A stretch of 64,000 bases of DNA from the human T2T-CHM13v2.0 reference genome, Homo sapiens: the NCBI RefSeq assembly GCF_009914755.1, contig NC_060932.1; one strand, 5' to 3'. The notes below the pieces were generated by a model. It ran no database searches. It was not told where the DNA came from and saw only the letters and a program-made list of their open reading frames with translations. This document shows, one piece after another, positions 19,607 through 35,007 of this stretch. The translations under genes were made by a program, and so were the position numbers. Position 1 is the stretch's first letter; the number at the start of each line of letters is the position of its first letter.

Positions 19607-20160
19607 AGCATAGTGCTGTTTGGCATAGATACTTTGTCATTTTTTAAAAAATGTTTATTGTTTTTATAGACATACACTGTCAAACGGAAGAAATTAAAGC
19701 CACATCCTCAATATTAGGCAACAGAGTTTCTAAGAGTGGACAGCTCCAAGAAGGTTGTGAAGTGAGTTATGTTATGTTATAAAAATGTGAAAGCCATTAC
19801 CACTATATCCTAAGTTTTATTTTAGCAAGGTATTCCCTATTACATATAGTATATTGCAGAAAATGAATAAACATTCCTTGTACTTAATTTGGGAACTGCT
19901 CAGCGGAGAATGCCCAAATTTTATATTCTGAAAGAATTAATTACACTTGCTTTATTTTTTACATTAACAGTACTTTTAAATCACAGTTCTCTAATATATT
20001 CTATATTTTTAAATATGATGAACACAATTAAATGTTTTCATTTATATATATTGCAACACTCCCTCCAAATCTTTCATACTAGAGAGATCAGCAATGTTGC
20101 TTTCTTGCCCTCGTCCTCATTTCAGCGAAATGTAATAATTCTCCCATTAAAAAAAATCAG

Positions 20161-20253
20161 ATATTCAAAATATTGATGTAAATTGTAAAGTTTAAATTAA
20201 TCCTTTCACATATTCAAAATATTGATCTAAATTGTAAAGTTTAATCCTTTTAC
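20161..20253. repeat. Imperfect ~45-49-bp tandem duplication
   Basis: ATATTCAAAATATTGAT(G/C)TAAATTGTAAAGTTTAA...TCCTTT x2. Confidence 0.9.
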
Positions 20254-21464
20254 ATTCTAGAATGTACTAATATATTAAAACCATACAGTGTGAATACCAT
20301 TTATTTATGTCCAAACATGGCCACTTTTCCCCACTAAGTTTAATTTAGGTCACCTAGTGAAGTCTTTTTTAACTCATAAGATAGGGGAGGGGCTCTCCCT
20401 TAAATGTGCAGTGTAACAAAACAAAAATTCTTTTCAGAACTTTCAGCAGTCAGTGGTCATGAGATGTTACTAAGGTTAATTAAACCATATTAGCCAGTTA
20501 CATAATTTCTAAAATGATAGATTACAAAACCTATTCCCTTCATTAAACAGACATGACAACCCAATTCTCTGGTTCTTGAAACTGGATTTTCACTCACAGA
20601 TGTTTTATCTACTAACTTTATAATGTGATACTTTGAGATCAGGCTGGTGGCTGGCCCACACTGTCGGTAGTGTAGTCTCTAGAACAGTAATAAAAGGTTA
20701 TTACAAGAAAGCTGATACTTAAATTCATATGTAAGACCAGGAGAATGAATGTTGCTTCTACCTCGTTAGCTATTAAATCAGTGTTAGAGAAAAAGTGAGA
20801 TACAAGGTTTAGCATTTTTAAATAATGAGGAGAAACAGACTATAGATCTCAGAGAAAAGCAACAAAATTATTCTCACAATTCAAAATATATGCTCCAAGG
20901 AAAAGTTAAAGTGATGATTATGCCTGAAAGATAAGCAATTAAAAGCTCCTTAGGAATGCATCTATTAACTAAAAAGGGTGCATCTCACCAATGTGCCTGT
21001 TTTTAGAAATATGTATAAGAGGGTCGGAAAGGAGGATAATGTCAGATGCTTTAGAAAACACAAAATATGCATCTAGAAGTGAACTAAAAGAATCATGATG
21101 ATCACAGATGTGAGGGAAAGGAGTGGAGGCTTTTTGAGAGATGCATGCTATGACAAGGAAGATAGATACTGATCACTTCAGGTAATGACAGAAGTAATTG
21201 CTCTGCAGTGAATATAATTTTCATAGTCTAGGGTGAGCTTCAAAATGGTGAATAATTTTCCTTATATTTGATAAATGAAATGACTACGTCCTCTTCAGTA
21301 TCTAAGAAATCAAGAACTGGGCACTTTTTTCCCTTTTCATAGCTGCATTAAAATAGTTCTCAATGACATGCACCATTTCCTGTTTTTACAATAAACCACC
21401 TTGTTCCCTTGTTTTTGGAAGTGTTGCTTATGTGTCCTTTACTTTGGAACTCCAAAGGGAAACT

Positions 21465-21827
21465 TCAGGCAGTGAGAAACACGGCTTCATCAGAATCCCG
21501 GTCCTTGCCACTATCTTCACTCGGTGCATGCTCACCACCACTTGGAGACCGACAGCTCAAATCCTCCACCCCGGACTCTTGGTCACTGTTGGCTGACAGA
21601 TCTGGATCTGAACTTTTCAGATTGTCTTGGGTTAGAATCAGAGCAGAATCTTCATCGCCTTGTGAAGGGCTCCGGGATGGAAATGATTTCATATTCCCAC
21701 TGTAATCCTGGGGAGTGTTGGCTATGCTGTTGTCTGAGGTAGAAAACCCTGAGTGCTTGCTGGGCTCACTTTGCTTACTCTTCACCTTAGTGCAATTTAA
21801 CTGGACCTTTTGAATTTTTTCCAGCCT
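21465..21827 (-). CDS. MTMR7: MTMR7 terminal coding exon (363 nt): RLEKIQKVQLNCTKVKSKQSEPSK...DRDSDEAVFLTA*
   Basis: tttcttag acceptor; ORF 21465..21785; C-terminus recognised. Confidence 0.95.
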   Translation of the reverse strand, partial: RLEKIQKVQLNCTKVKSKQSEPSKHSGFSTSDNSIANTPQDYSGNMKSFPSRSPSQGDEDSALILTQDNLKSSDPDLSANSDQESGVEDLSCRSPSGGEHAPSEDSGKDRDSDEAVFLTA

Positions 21828-22199
21828 CTAAGAAAGAAATAACAATTTCAGGGGAAAAATCATAAATAACTTATCTTTTTCTATATATGCATGTCTTTAG
21901 CATTTGTTACCTCCCACGTGGGTATAATGTTAAGAACATGTGACTCAGAGGGATGTGAGTTCAAACCTGGACTTCACGACCTTGGACAAAATCTGTGAGG
22001 CCTGCTTTATCTCTAATGTAAGGATAATACCTGCCTTGACATAGGTTTTCTATAATAATAAACAATATAGCACAGTTGAAGCACCCAGTGAACCCTAGTC
22101 TCCCTCTTTTCTATACCTACATGGTTTCAAATGATGAGTCTCATCCCATGAACTCAAAAAACATTTTTTAGAAATCATGAATGAAGTGTTTATCATCTA

Positions 22200-22650
22200 A
22201 CTTTTATACTGAGATACAATTCACTTACCGTGAAACTCACCCTTTTAAAGTATACAATTCAGTGGTTTTTAGTTATATTCACAAGGTTGTGCAACGATCA
22301 CTACTAATTATAAAACACTGTCATCACCTCCCCTGCCGAAAGAAAACCCCATACTCATTAGCAGTCATTTCCCATTCCTATCTCCCCACAGCCCCTGGCT
22401 ACTACGGATCAACTTCTATCTCTATGGATTTGCCTAGTCTAGATGTTTTATATAAATTGAATGGAATCATACAACATGTGGATTTTTGTATCTGGCTTCC
22501 TTCACTTAGCTTATGTTCTCAGAATTCATTCATGGTACAGCATGTATCAAGTACTTCATTCCTTTTTCTGGCTGAACAGTATTCCATTACATGGATATAC
22601 CAGATTTTGTTTCCCCATTCATCATGTTATGGACACCTGGGTTGTTCAGA
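22200..22650 (-). mobile_element. L1MB/L1MC 3'-end fragment
   Basis: gagatacaattcac...ttttaaagtatacaattcagtggtttttagt...ctatggatttgccta is typical of L1M 3' ends. Confidence 0.75.
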
Positions 22651-23756
22651 ATACATTTCGCCAGATTTCATGTTTTGATGTTAACACAGGAGGTGTTATA
22701 AGATCAAGTATTATGTATTCATTCAAAACCATTCACTTAGGTTATGTGCAAAAGCACTGTGCTGGGCAGTGTGAGGAAAAGAGATAGATAAATACAGACC
22801 CAGCCTTAAGGAACATGGAGTAGTGGAGCAGAGAGAGGCAGAGTTCATGCAATGTAAGAATTTCAAAAAGGCAAAAGTTCTTGAAGAGGGATGAAGTGGT
22901 AAGGTTAGAAGGAAAAGAACAGAGTAAGTTTCAGGGAGGAAGGAACATTTTAACAGGACTGTGAAAGATTTAAACTTGGACATTCTGGTGATAGCTAGTA
23001 AGCATTCCTGACAGGAGTAGGGACAGTGAGAGGACAAACACAAAGGTAGGAAGGTCTAAATTGTATACAAGCAGCAAAAACCATTAAATATTAGCATGGA
23101 AAATAAAGCTGAAAAGAGAAAATCTCAAATGCCAGCCTAAGGAATTTTGACTTTGTAATAAGGAAGAGCCAGTTTTAAAGAGCCAGACTGCTAGAATAGA
23201 CTAATAGAATCCTAAGATGTTCATAAACTACATTAGTACCATTGGAAACAAAGTTATCCAATTAGGAAAAGCATTTTATTATAACCTCCCTGTCCAAGTA
23301 CAGGGAAGTTCATAGAAGCCAAAAGATAAGACTTTACAGTCAGTCTCCCCTTTACCAATTATAGATTAATATCATAGTTAACATAATTTCTAAAAGTGGG
23401 GAAAGAGTTTTACAAGTACATATATTTGATTTTATTCTGTTACTTTTTCACACTTTCCAGAAAAAAATTAATTTTACTACTCTCAAATAACAGTAACCAA
23501 ACAAGTTGACCTAAAATAAGGAACAACCAAAAATTTGTGGAACTGAGCCACAAACCAGATGTGTGAAATGCATTAAATGCCTAGGTTTGGGCTTCGGTTA
23601 TCTGAGTCCTGACCTGGATGGGGTTGTGTTTCAGGTGTTCTACTGACTAAAAATGTGAAATATTTGTATTGCACTGAATCTTAAGAGGCTTTCATGAAGC
23701 CTTGCTCTTCAAGAAATAAGCACAGAAAATAGATTAACAAAGCAAGTATGTCTTAC

Positions 23757-23883
23757 TTCTTCCAGGGCCTCTAGTTCTTCCTCTAGCTGCTGAGTTTCTT
23801 CCTTCACTGCCATTAGGTAATCTGTAACTGACTGTCGGGGCTGCATCCCCTTTTCAAAGCGGTTATACATTCCACTCCAAAAC
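23757..23883 (-). CDS. MTMR7: MTMR7 coding exon (127 nt): (K)FWSGMYNRFEKGMQPRQSVTDYLMAVKEETQQLEEELEALEE, coiled-coil start
   Basis: tttccag acceptor, gtaaga donor; conserved myotubularin FWxGMY motif. Confidence 0.95.
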
Positions 23884-24217
23884 CTGGAAAGGATGGCAAA
23901 GCGTCATGATACCACCTTATCACAGTCTGAAAATTCACATCCTCAAGTCTTCTAAGGTATCTATGATACCACAGTCTTAATAATAACCAAATGCAAATTT
24001 CAGCCTCAAAAAAGCCACTACTTAAGGTAATAATTTCATGTTGATGTTTTTTTTCTTGGGTCAGTAAATGCCTTTTGGGGAGAATAAGTTTATGAAAAGT
24101 CTGCCTGTATATATGAATTAGCACAGAATACATTTTTCTAAAATTAAAATAGTACATGTAACCATTACCTTTTAAGAAAATGGCTCTTAGTTTTGAACTT
24201 TGAAATTGTATATTTAG

Positions 24218-24619
<402 letters not shown>

Positions 24620-25178
24620 AATAAATCCCTTTTTATCCTACACAAAAAAGCAACTGGAGTGCAAATGAGAAAAATGGTGTTATCACAGAGTTACCCTTAG
24701 AACCACTATTTTATTTATGTAGATAAGTAAGTACTTTGAGGGCAAGGACTTGGTGTCATTGTTTTATCTGCAGTGCCCAGAACAGTGTTTGATCCTCAAT
24801 AAAATATGTGTTGACTAGCTGTTAATAATAAATTAGTTGCAATCCAACTGGTCATATCTCAACAGCTCTTAAAACTTGTCTTACATGCACTATGGAGGCT
24901 TTTGTTTAGTATGATAGAATATTCTGCTATAAATTCTGAGAAGATAATTAGATTGAAATAATTAAGAAAAAAAACCTTGAGAAACGAAATCTATACAGGG
25001 AGAAAAGCCATCAAGTCTGTGTCGGGAGTGAGTAGGAAGAAAGAGATGGGGTTTCTGTTTATTCTGCATGAGTCTTTTGATGTTGCTGACCTTTGAGTTT
25101 TTTCATATTATACAAGCCTAACAAGGAAGCCAAAGGAAAAAACATACGTATCTAGCACATACCTAGTAGAACTTGTAG

Positions 25179-25474
<296 letters not shown>

Positions 25475-25556
25475 AATACATACAATCTTAATGTAATTTC
25501 CACAAGGGAAGTACTTCCAGTAGGACTTAATTCAGTGGAGACAAAAAGGCAACCTA

Positions 25557-25640
25557 TTACGTTGGTGCAAAAGTAATTGCGGTTTTTGCCTTTTTGTTGT
25601 ATAACGGCAAAAACCACAATTATTTTTGCTCCAACCTTAA
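25557..25640. mobile_element. MADE1 (Hsmar1-derived MITE)
   Basis: Inverted repeats GTTGGTGCAAAAGTAATTGCGGTTTTTGCC ... GGCAAAAACCACAATTATTTTTGCTCCAAC. Confidence 0.92.
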
Positions 25641-25987
25641 CACGTCATGATCACTGTTGAAACTTGTGATTCCACATTTGACTTAAGGCATTTGCATTAT
25701 TCTCTTTCATTTGCTTTTAAAAAAATAAATTGGAACTTAACCTTTTTATGATATCATTATTATAAAACATCACCTCCTGAAGAAAATTCCACATTTAGGA
25801 GGAATAAAGAGGCAGAGGAGTCACTGGCAAAAATACCAGATCAGATATTCAAGCATCTCCCTCTGGTGTCTTTTGTGTCCAATAAAAGCCTCAAAGATCA
25901 GTGTCATACACTTTGACCTCTGAATGTTAAACGGTACCAGAATCCAAGTTCATACCATGGCTACAAAGTTACCAAGGATTTACATAC

Positions 25988-26128
25988 TTGTACATGAAGT
26001 TACATGGTGTTGTAGGGAGATGAAGGGTTCCCTGAGTCTGGCTGTGATCAGCTCTAAACAGAGGATTCAGGTAGTCGGCCCGATTCTTCCACAGGTGAGC
26101 CCATAATGAGTATGTTCTTTCTTGAATC
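25988..26128 (-). CDS. MTMR7: MTMR7 coding exon (141 nt): (K)IQERTYSLWAHLWKNRADYLNPLFRADHSQTQGTLHLPTTPCNFMY(K)
   Basis: taacag acceptor, gtatgt donor; myotubularin TxSLW and NPL motifs. Confidence 0.95.
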
Positions 26129-26356
26129 CTGTTATAAAGAAAATAAGTCTATAAATGACCTATTTTGGTGCTTACACACAGTAGATATGTTATATTAATG
26201 CTGGAAAGGAACTAATAATTGTTACCTGAAAACCACGTGTCTGTTCGATAGCAGGTAAATGTATCATCTTGGTGACTTCATGGTATAGAGGGAGAACACT
26301 GTAATAATCTCAACTTCACCACCATCTGTACTGGCCTTGACAAGGTGTTCGATTCG

Positions 26357-26374
26357 TGTGTGTGTGTGTGTGTG
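26357..26374. repeat. (GT)n microsatellite
   Basis: About 9 GT units. Confidence 0.9.
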
Positions 26375-26444
26375 TTAAGCTGTTCTTTTGGGGGGAGTTT
26401 TTTCCCCCAAATAGTCATTGGACATTTATAATTTGTCACACACT

Positions 26445-26600
26445 ATTCTAAATGTTCCACGTTTTCTCTCATTTAATCCTCACTGAGTTGCTGTGAGCTC
26501 TGTCTAATTTACAGATGAAGAAACTGAGGAATAGAGAGAATAAGTGGTTTCCCAAAGTCCTATAGCTAGTAAGTGGAAAAGCCATATTCAGACCCAAGCA
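26445..26600 (-). mobile_element. MIR
   Basis: ctcatttaatcctcac...tttacagatgaagaaactgagg...agctagtaagtgg. Confidence 0.75.
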
Positions 26601-27363
26601 GATACTGTTAGAATTGGCTAGTCAGGTACAAGAAAACAGGTGACCCTAAAGGATACACTCTGCTCCTTCTAAATCATCTCCATCTCCATGGAATCACACT
26701 TGAGCTTCCTTAGAGAAAACAAACTAGTATCCACTACAAAAATTAATTTTCTTTATGAGTCCATTTCATTTGAACTGATCATTCCCCAAATTAAATCTGA
26801 TAATGTTGTATACACCATAGTTAAAACCATTTCATTTTATGAAAATTTAAAAAATGTTCTCTCATGTATACTGCCTAAATCACTTTGTTGTAAGTTTTTT
26901 ACTGTCACTTATTTTAAAGTCCACAATTTATCTACTTTTACCCTTGGATAAATCAATACAGTTTTAATCTGAATAAATTCTGGCTTTTATATTTGCTTTC
27001 CCAATTAAATTTGCAATTTTTATTATGGTAGCATAGCCACCAAATATATCTAACCTTTTCCTTTTAAATGCAAAAACCACTTTTTTGACTCCAGAAAATT
27101 CCCTTTCGATATTCATGCATCAAGTCTGTCAAGCTGTCTATCAGGCAGAAACTGAAGGAAAAAATGAAACTATTTATCTGTCAGTTGATGACATTTAAAC
27201 CATTTATGAAATGACACCAGGAAAAAGAAAATAAAACTAATCTGTCAGTATAGGTATGTGACTAAATGAAAAAAGTCTTCAAAATTATGAAAGGCCACCT
27301 AAAATTCTCAGTCATCAAAATCTTTAAATAAAAGTTAAACACCAAAAACACCAAAACACTTAC

Positions 27364-27564
27364 TTGAGTTCTCGTCTCTCCTTTTGGCTGTTACATAGGA
27401 AGTTTCCAAACTGGCAGGAATAAATGTGATGTTGAATGTGAATCAAAAACCTCTCATTGAACTCAAAGGCACAGGGAAATTGTTCCATTAACTGCCAAAC
27501 ACACTCAATGAACTGGTCAATAACTGGAGAGATTTCTTTTGGGTCACCATCTAGATTGCCATAT
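27364..27564 (-). CDS. MTMR7: MTMR7 coding exon (201 nt): (R)YGNLDGDPKEISPVIDQFIECVWQLMEQFPCAFEFNERFLIHIQHHIYSCQFGNFLCNSQKERREL(K)
   Basis: ORF 27360..27575; tttatag acceptor, gtaagt donor; QFPxAFEFNE myotubularin motif. Confidence 0.97.
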
Positions 27565-28418
27565 CTATAAAACAAAGCATTAGAGACTTTTTAAGGCAGA
27601 TTTATTTTTAAAGTACAAAGCCATAAATGCAAAAACAACCATAAAAGCAACCCTAGTTCCTAAATAAATCTTATCTTACAAACTTGGAATGACAAAAAAG
27701 GTAGAAAAGTTAAGATTTTAAATTCAAATTTCCAGAGCAACTTTGTAGTGACGGTCTGGATAGAAGGGATGCGTTCACGTTATAGTTACAAAAGAAAGTG
27801 TTAGTGCAAGAAATAAAATTCAAAGACACTTTCCACAGAAAAAGGGCATTTTTAAATTCATTCCTTAAAAGTACATTAGAACTTTTAAAATAAATGTTGC
27901 ACTTTATGAGCGGGTGAGAAGAAATGTCCAGACAACTTTAAGGCTCTTCATTTTTTGCGCTGTTTTGTTGGGAAGGGATGAGGAAAAAGACAACTTGAAA
28001 AAAAAAAATAGTGGTTTCCCAAGTTGCCAAGAATATTCCCATTCCTAAAGCGGTTAAAGCTTATCACGTGATTTATTTCCATGTGACGACAGATTCCACA
28101 TGTATTTTTCTTTTATCTCCCATTGCTTTGCTTTTCAAGAGCACATCAGACTCGTCTTCCTCAAATTTGTATTGATTTTAAAATGAAGACTCCTTAGCCC
28201 TTTACACTACTGTGTGAGTTTTACAGAGAATCCAAAAGGATGTTTTGGTGTCATCAAAGACAAAATAACAATATAGAACCCCGTGTTAGTAAGAGATCAT
28301 CACCTTGAGGAAGAGGAATGAGCAATGATCAGTTTTAGAGTTTTCCCAAGAGTGGGAACATTGGAAATTGTCTAGAAACTTCTCAGATGTTACAGTTTCT
28401 CACCTTTGGTAGCTTTAA

Positions 28419-29671
<1,253 letters not shown>

Positions 29672-30883
29672 TGAGGAAGAAAAAAATAATTGCATTATGG
29701 GAGACTGATTTATATTTGCATAAAGGGAATTTTAGTCTTTTATGGCTTCAGAATTATTTCAAAATAAACTTTACTGCAAATCAAAAAAAAAAGGTTGCCT
29801 AATATTAACGTATTTTTTCCTTATCAAACAATTATCTAGCTGATCTTCAGTCATTTCCATATTCTTTCTGTCATCTGTCTCCTATCTTGGAGATCCTAAC
29901 TGCCTAGCGTGTAATATTAATAGAACCCCAAACTGAAAATAATGCCATGTTAAGAAGTTTATCTAATTGGGGGCTTTAATTTTCTCATTGGTAAATGGAA
30001 TTCCTATGCTTTCCTGGAAAAAATTAGAAAAATAGAATTCCTGAAAATCACAGAATTAGTGATCAATTAATGCTAAAAGCAAAAAACTACAAAAATATAC
30101 TTGAGCAGTTGCATGCATTTAGAATTTTAAGAAAACACAGTAAAACTTCTGAAAATATATATCAAACTAATGAAACTTGCTGCCTAAATTTAAATTTTAT
30201 CACCAAAGACTAAACTAAGTACAGCTATACCATTTAAGATTCAAAGAGTAGAGAACACCAGAACACAATACAGGCATCAACACTGACAAAAGGAGGCTGG
30301 TGACTCCCAAAACAACAGCTTTGGCATCCCCATTCCACAGATGAGAGACCAAAGGTCAGACAGCCCAGACGTCCAAGGCCAGACAGTGAATATCATGGCC
30401 TGGATCTGGAGTTGGATATGTCTGGTTCTGAAGCCTTCATCACCACTCCAGAGACATCTGGGACAAACTGCACTCCGATACAAATGCCTTAGGACTATAG
30501 AAGATCAAAGAGAAACTGTTCCACGGGCAGTTCACAACTTGCAGACTAAAGTGAATCTCTGGACTTCTAAAATGGAATAATTTAGTAAGTCACATGCAAA
30601 TGGCAGGAGGAAGGGAAGGCTGATCCTCACAAAGACAATGAACAAGCATTCTCTGTCTCTTCTAGAACAAGTTAACATTAGTTAGTTCTGCCCAACTGTT
30701 ACCAAAAGGAATCAGTTATAACTTCATTTATCTATGATATGACATATACAACAAAATTTAAGCTTTCTGAATAAGAGACACAAACTCAAAAAACAAGACG
30801 ATTTTCCCCTAAATATTCAATTGAAATTTTCAGAAACAGTGCTTTTATTCTAAACATTCAAAGCAGTCTTAAATATTACTTAC

Positions 30884-30933
30884 CGGTGATTAAACTTATG
30901 ACCAAAGGAAATCCAGTCCTTTTCAATTAATAC
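30884..30933 (-). CDS. MTMR7: MTMR7 coding exon (50 nt): VLIEKDWISFGHKFNH(R)
   Basis: tgtgtag acceptor, gtaaag donor; EKDWxSFGHKF motif. Confidence 0.95.
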
Positions 30934-31619
30934 CTACACAAGAAAGAATACAAATATCTTGGAAAGAAGCAAACGAAAAATAAGAGACCACACAACCAAT
31001 AATGTTGAGGAATTCAGAGGCACTTGCAGAAGTCCCCATCCTCGAGTAACCTGCAAATGCATGAACAGGCATTATCCACCCATATAGAGATGCACATGGC
31101 AAAGGCAAAGTTGAAGGTCATCCATGGGAACAGTGAGTGGAAATGGATGTATAAAAATGCAGGAACCCCACCCGCTGAATGCTTCCTATGTGCCAGGCAC
31201 TGTTCACATTGCTTTACGTATGATCTCTAACTGTAGGATAGGTATTCTCACTCTTTTAGAAGGGGAAACCGAAGGAAAGAGGTTTCATATTCGCCCAAGA
31301 TCATGCTACTAGGAAGGAGACCCCACTTCACAGCCCAGGTCTCTCCACTTCAAACCCTATCTCAACCAATGTGTGATGCTGCCTCTCAGTGTAATGTAAA
31401 TTACCAACCTCTTTACAAAAACAACTGGGAAGTTTTTCAGTGATCTTTTCTACACATTATAAGAATTCTAAAATGATGGTGTTTGGGGTATATTCAAAGC
31501 TTCAGCCCTGCTTTGAAATTAGGGTTAACATGAATTTCTAAGTCTGAGGCAGTCCAGATTATTATTTTTAAGTATTTATTTTGGTTTTGTATTTTATATT
31601 GTTTTATATTTTAAAATTT

Positions 31620-31914
<295 letters not shown>

Positions 31915-33117
31915 TAAAAAGTGTTCAGTCAAGTAATATGGATAGTCTCATCAATATCCCCAATGCTTTAAAGTGGCCAGAGATTTCCCCTTACAAAGAA
32001 ATATGAACTAGTGGAAGTCTGTTCTTGACAACTCGAGACATTTTCTTTGGGTTGTAAGTTTAATGGGGCACAATGAGAACAAGTTGATGATGGAAACGCA
32101 TGTGTGCAGGAGAAGAGCCTAAGGGCAGTGTGTGACTGGCAACCTCTTTACTCTCCAAATGCAAATGAAGCAATCCAGCCCTCCTGACTTCAGTCCAGCA
32201 GGGATCTGAAGCAAGGGTATCACTTTGAGGTGTCAATGCTATCACAGGTAATTGGAAGTTCTCAGACACTTCCAAAAAAAGAAAAACATCCCAGAGAGGG
32301 AGCCTGCCTCTTCGCTCTTGTCCGAGGGTGTTGCTGATATTACTCAATAATGGAGACCCAGCAGTAAAGATATTCCATTAGGACTCCTTTGTCAGCATCT
32401 TGTGTAGCACGGATTCATGATTCACTGAAGCACTGTCTACCAAATCATGGTTAAGAGGTGAATTCATTTTAAGGAACTTATACCAGATTAGTGAAAACTT
32501 CACCATCCCAGGCAACTATATACAATACTCTGTAGTTGAAAGCAACGTTACATTTGATGCCCACCTAAAAAGCTCAAACTCTACAGGATATACTCGTCAT
32601 TTCAGCAAAGAACAACAACAAAAGGCTGTGAAATTTTCAGCATTCTCATCCAGGGGTGTGAAGGACTACTTAAAAAACATACCCTGGAAGTGAAAACAGT
32701 TTTTCCTACCAAGGACTTTTGGCATACACAATATAGAAAATTTCTTCCCAAAATATTTTTTCTAAAAAGTCTTCTGTTACATATTCACGTTACCTCAAAC
32801 TTGAAATACTTATGAGCAAATGATATATAAAATTGGCTTACAAACTACCAAATATATTTTATATTTGCCCCAAAACTCATTCAGTAGCATTGACTTGAAA
32901 TGGTTTCAATATCCCAGAAATTCATCTCTTTATTCCAAGCCTTCCCCTTTAATCTTGCTGATTAAATTAATCTTGATCTCTTCCCCTTTAATCTTGCTGA
33001 GCTACTAAAAGAAAAATAATGCTGGCAAGAAAACAGCAGTTGCCAGTAGTTGTAAAAACAGGGGTCCATTCCTGGTCAAGGCACCGCCTGTGGGAATCGC
33101 CCAGTGGCCACACTCAC

Positions 33118-33243
33118 CATGAAGCCCTTCAGAGTCCGGTAGTGAGGGTCCAGCAGCAGGCTTGCCACCGAGCACACCTGAGCGGTCCTGTCCCAGCCAT
33201 CAGAACAGTGAACAAGCACACTTGCCCCTTCCTCTGACACTGC
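33118..33243 (-). CDS. MTMR7: MTMR7 catalytic exon (126 nt): [42 protein letters not shown]
   Basis: ttctag acceptor, gtgagt donor; intact CX5R (CSDGWDR) active-site motif. Confidence 0.98.
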
Positions 33244-33862
33244 CTAGAAAACACACGATCCGCAAAGAGTCACAAAGAATGGCTGTAAAAAGGCAGAACC
33301 TCTCATCACAGCCAGGTTTGACTGTATATTTACAGAAAGAAACAGCCAAAACGAAACACCTGTCCATTCGTCTGTTTAGGGCCCCCCCTAATTAGGGCAG
33401 AGCCAGAGTGGCCTGGTGCTGGCAGCTAAAGCTTTCCCTTCCCATTCTATCCAGAAGCCACCACTCAAGTCACCTCCAATAAGCGCATGTACTTACTAAA
33501 CATAAGCATTCGTCCTATGCAAACGGACCTTCAACCCTCTTCCCTCCCCTCTGAGTTTCCACATTAAGCCTTACTGAAATTCTGGAGTTGCTACTGGCCC
33601 CAGCCATTTCCAAAAAGGAAAAGGCAAAAAAGTTATAAATTACAGACCTATGAAGTTATAAATAAAAGGTAAGCGTCAAGTAATGGATGTAAGGTTGAGG
33701 AAAGGAAAAAACAAAAGTAAAAATGACACCAGAAAATCTCCAGTAAGAAAAGAATATCTATTTGCTATTGCAAATGCACATCATTTTTTACTAAATATCT
33801 TGGCAGTTAACATACGCTGGGAAACATGGGAGAGATTTCATCATAGCATTTATCACTACCTA

Positions 33863-34337
<475 letters not shown>

Positions 34338-34897
34338 TCAAAACAGGGAACATACCATGGCATCAGGGAAGATATGGTTCTCTTTAGGTATAAATCCAAG
34401 GTATTTATTTCTTTAAAAAAAACTGAACAACACAAAAGACATTGCATTCTAAAACAGCTTATGTGAAAGCTGCAGCGACATTTTCCTATGGCGGAATGGA
34501 CTCTACCTTCCAGCTACAGGAACATGACTTTTGCTTATGCCATGACTAAAAAGAAGGCTCTACTGGATGTAAGCCCCAAGCCCCATCACTGAAGTAACTC
34601 ACATTTGGTTGTATTCTACAGAAAATTCTTTCCTCCATCCAGGATTAAGCCTAATGGAAGAGAATACTCTGGAAATATTTTACCATTTGATCACAGTGCT
34701 GACACACTATCAGCTAAGCATTGTATTCTTTCGCAAAATCATATCTTCAGCGCACAGACTACGGAGCTCTACAAAGCTGGCTATCCAGTCAGTGCAGTGC
34801 AGCTTAAGACAGGGAAGCCCATGGCAGAGGGATACCCATTTTGAAGTCAGTGGTTTGCTCATCTGTCCCTTAATTTATTTTCTCTGCAATTGCATAC

Positions 34898-35007
34898 CTT
34901 TGCAATGAAGATTCCTGCATCCATTATGGCTTTAATGTGCCTTAACCAGCCAGAGTTCTCCAGACCCCACAGGAAATCACTCATGGAGGGAGATTTAAGT
35001 TCACACA
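34898..35007 (-). CDS. MTMR7: MTMR7 coding exon (110 nt): (V)CELKSPSMSDFLWGLENSGWLRHIKAIMDAGIFIAK
   Basis: ttgcag acceptor, gtatgc donor; LExSGWLxHI motif. Confidence 0.95.

Larger units (their letters stand above)
16590..19625 (+). other. VPS37A: VPS37A non-coding terminal exon (3' UTR); 3' end approximate
   Basis: Pyrimidine tract plus ttctag acceptor at 16588-16589; AT-rich DNA without recognisable interspersed repeats; AATAAA at 17141, 17154, 17787 and 19601 among others. Confidence 0.75.
18395..21464 (-). other. MTMR7: MTMR7 3' UTR (3' end approximate)
   Basis: Contiguous with the TGA stop at 21465-21467; minus-strand AATAAA hexamers at 19654 and 18415. Confidence 0.65.

Noticed and set aside
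22181-22787. 165-aa ORF, the longest in the track
   Set aside because: Antisense reading of an L1M 3' fragment.
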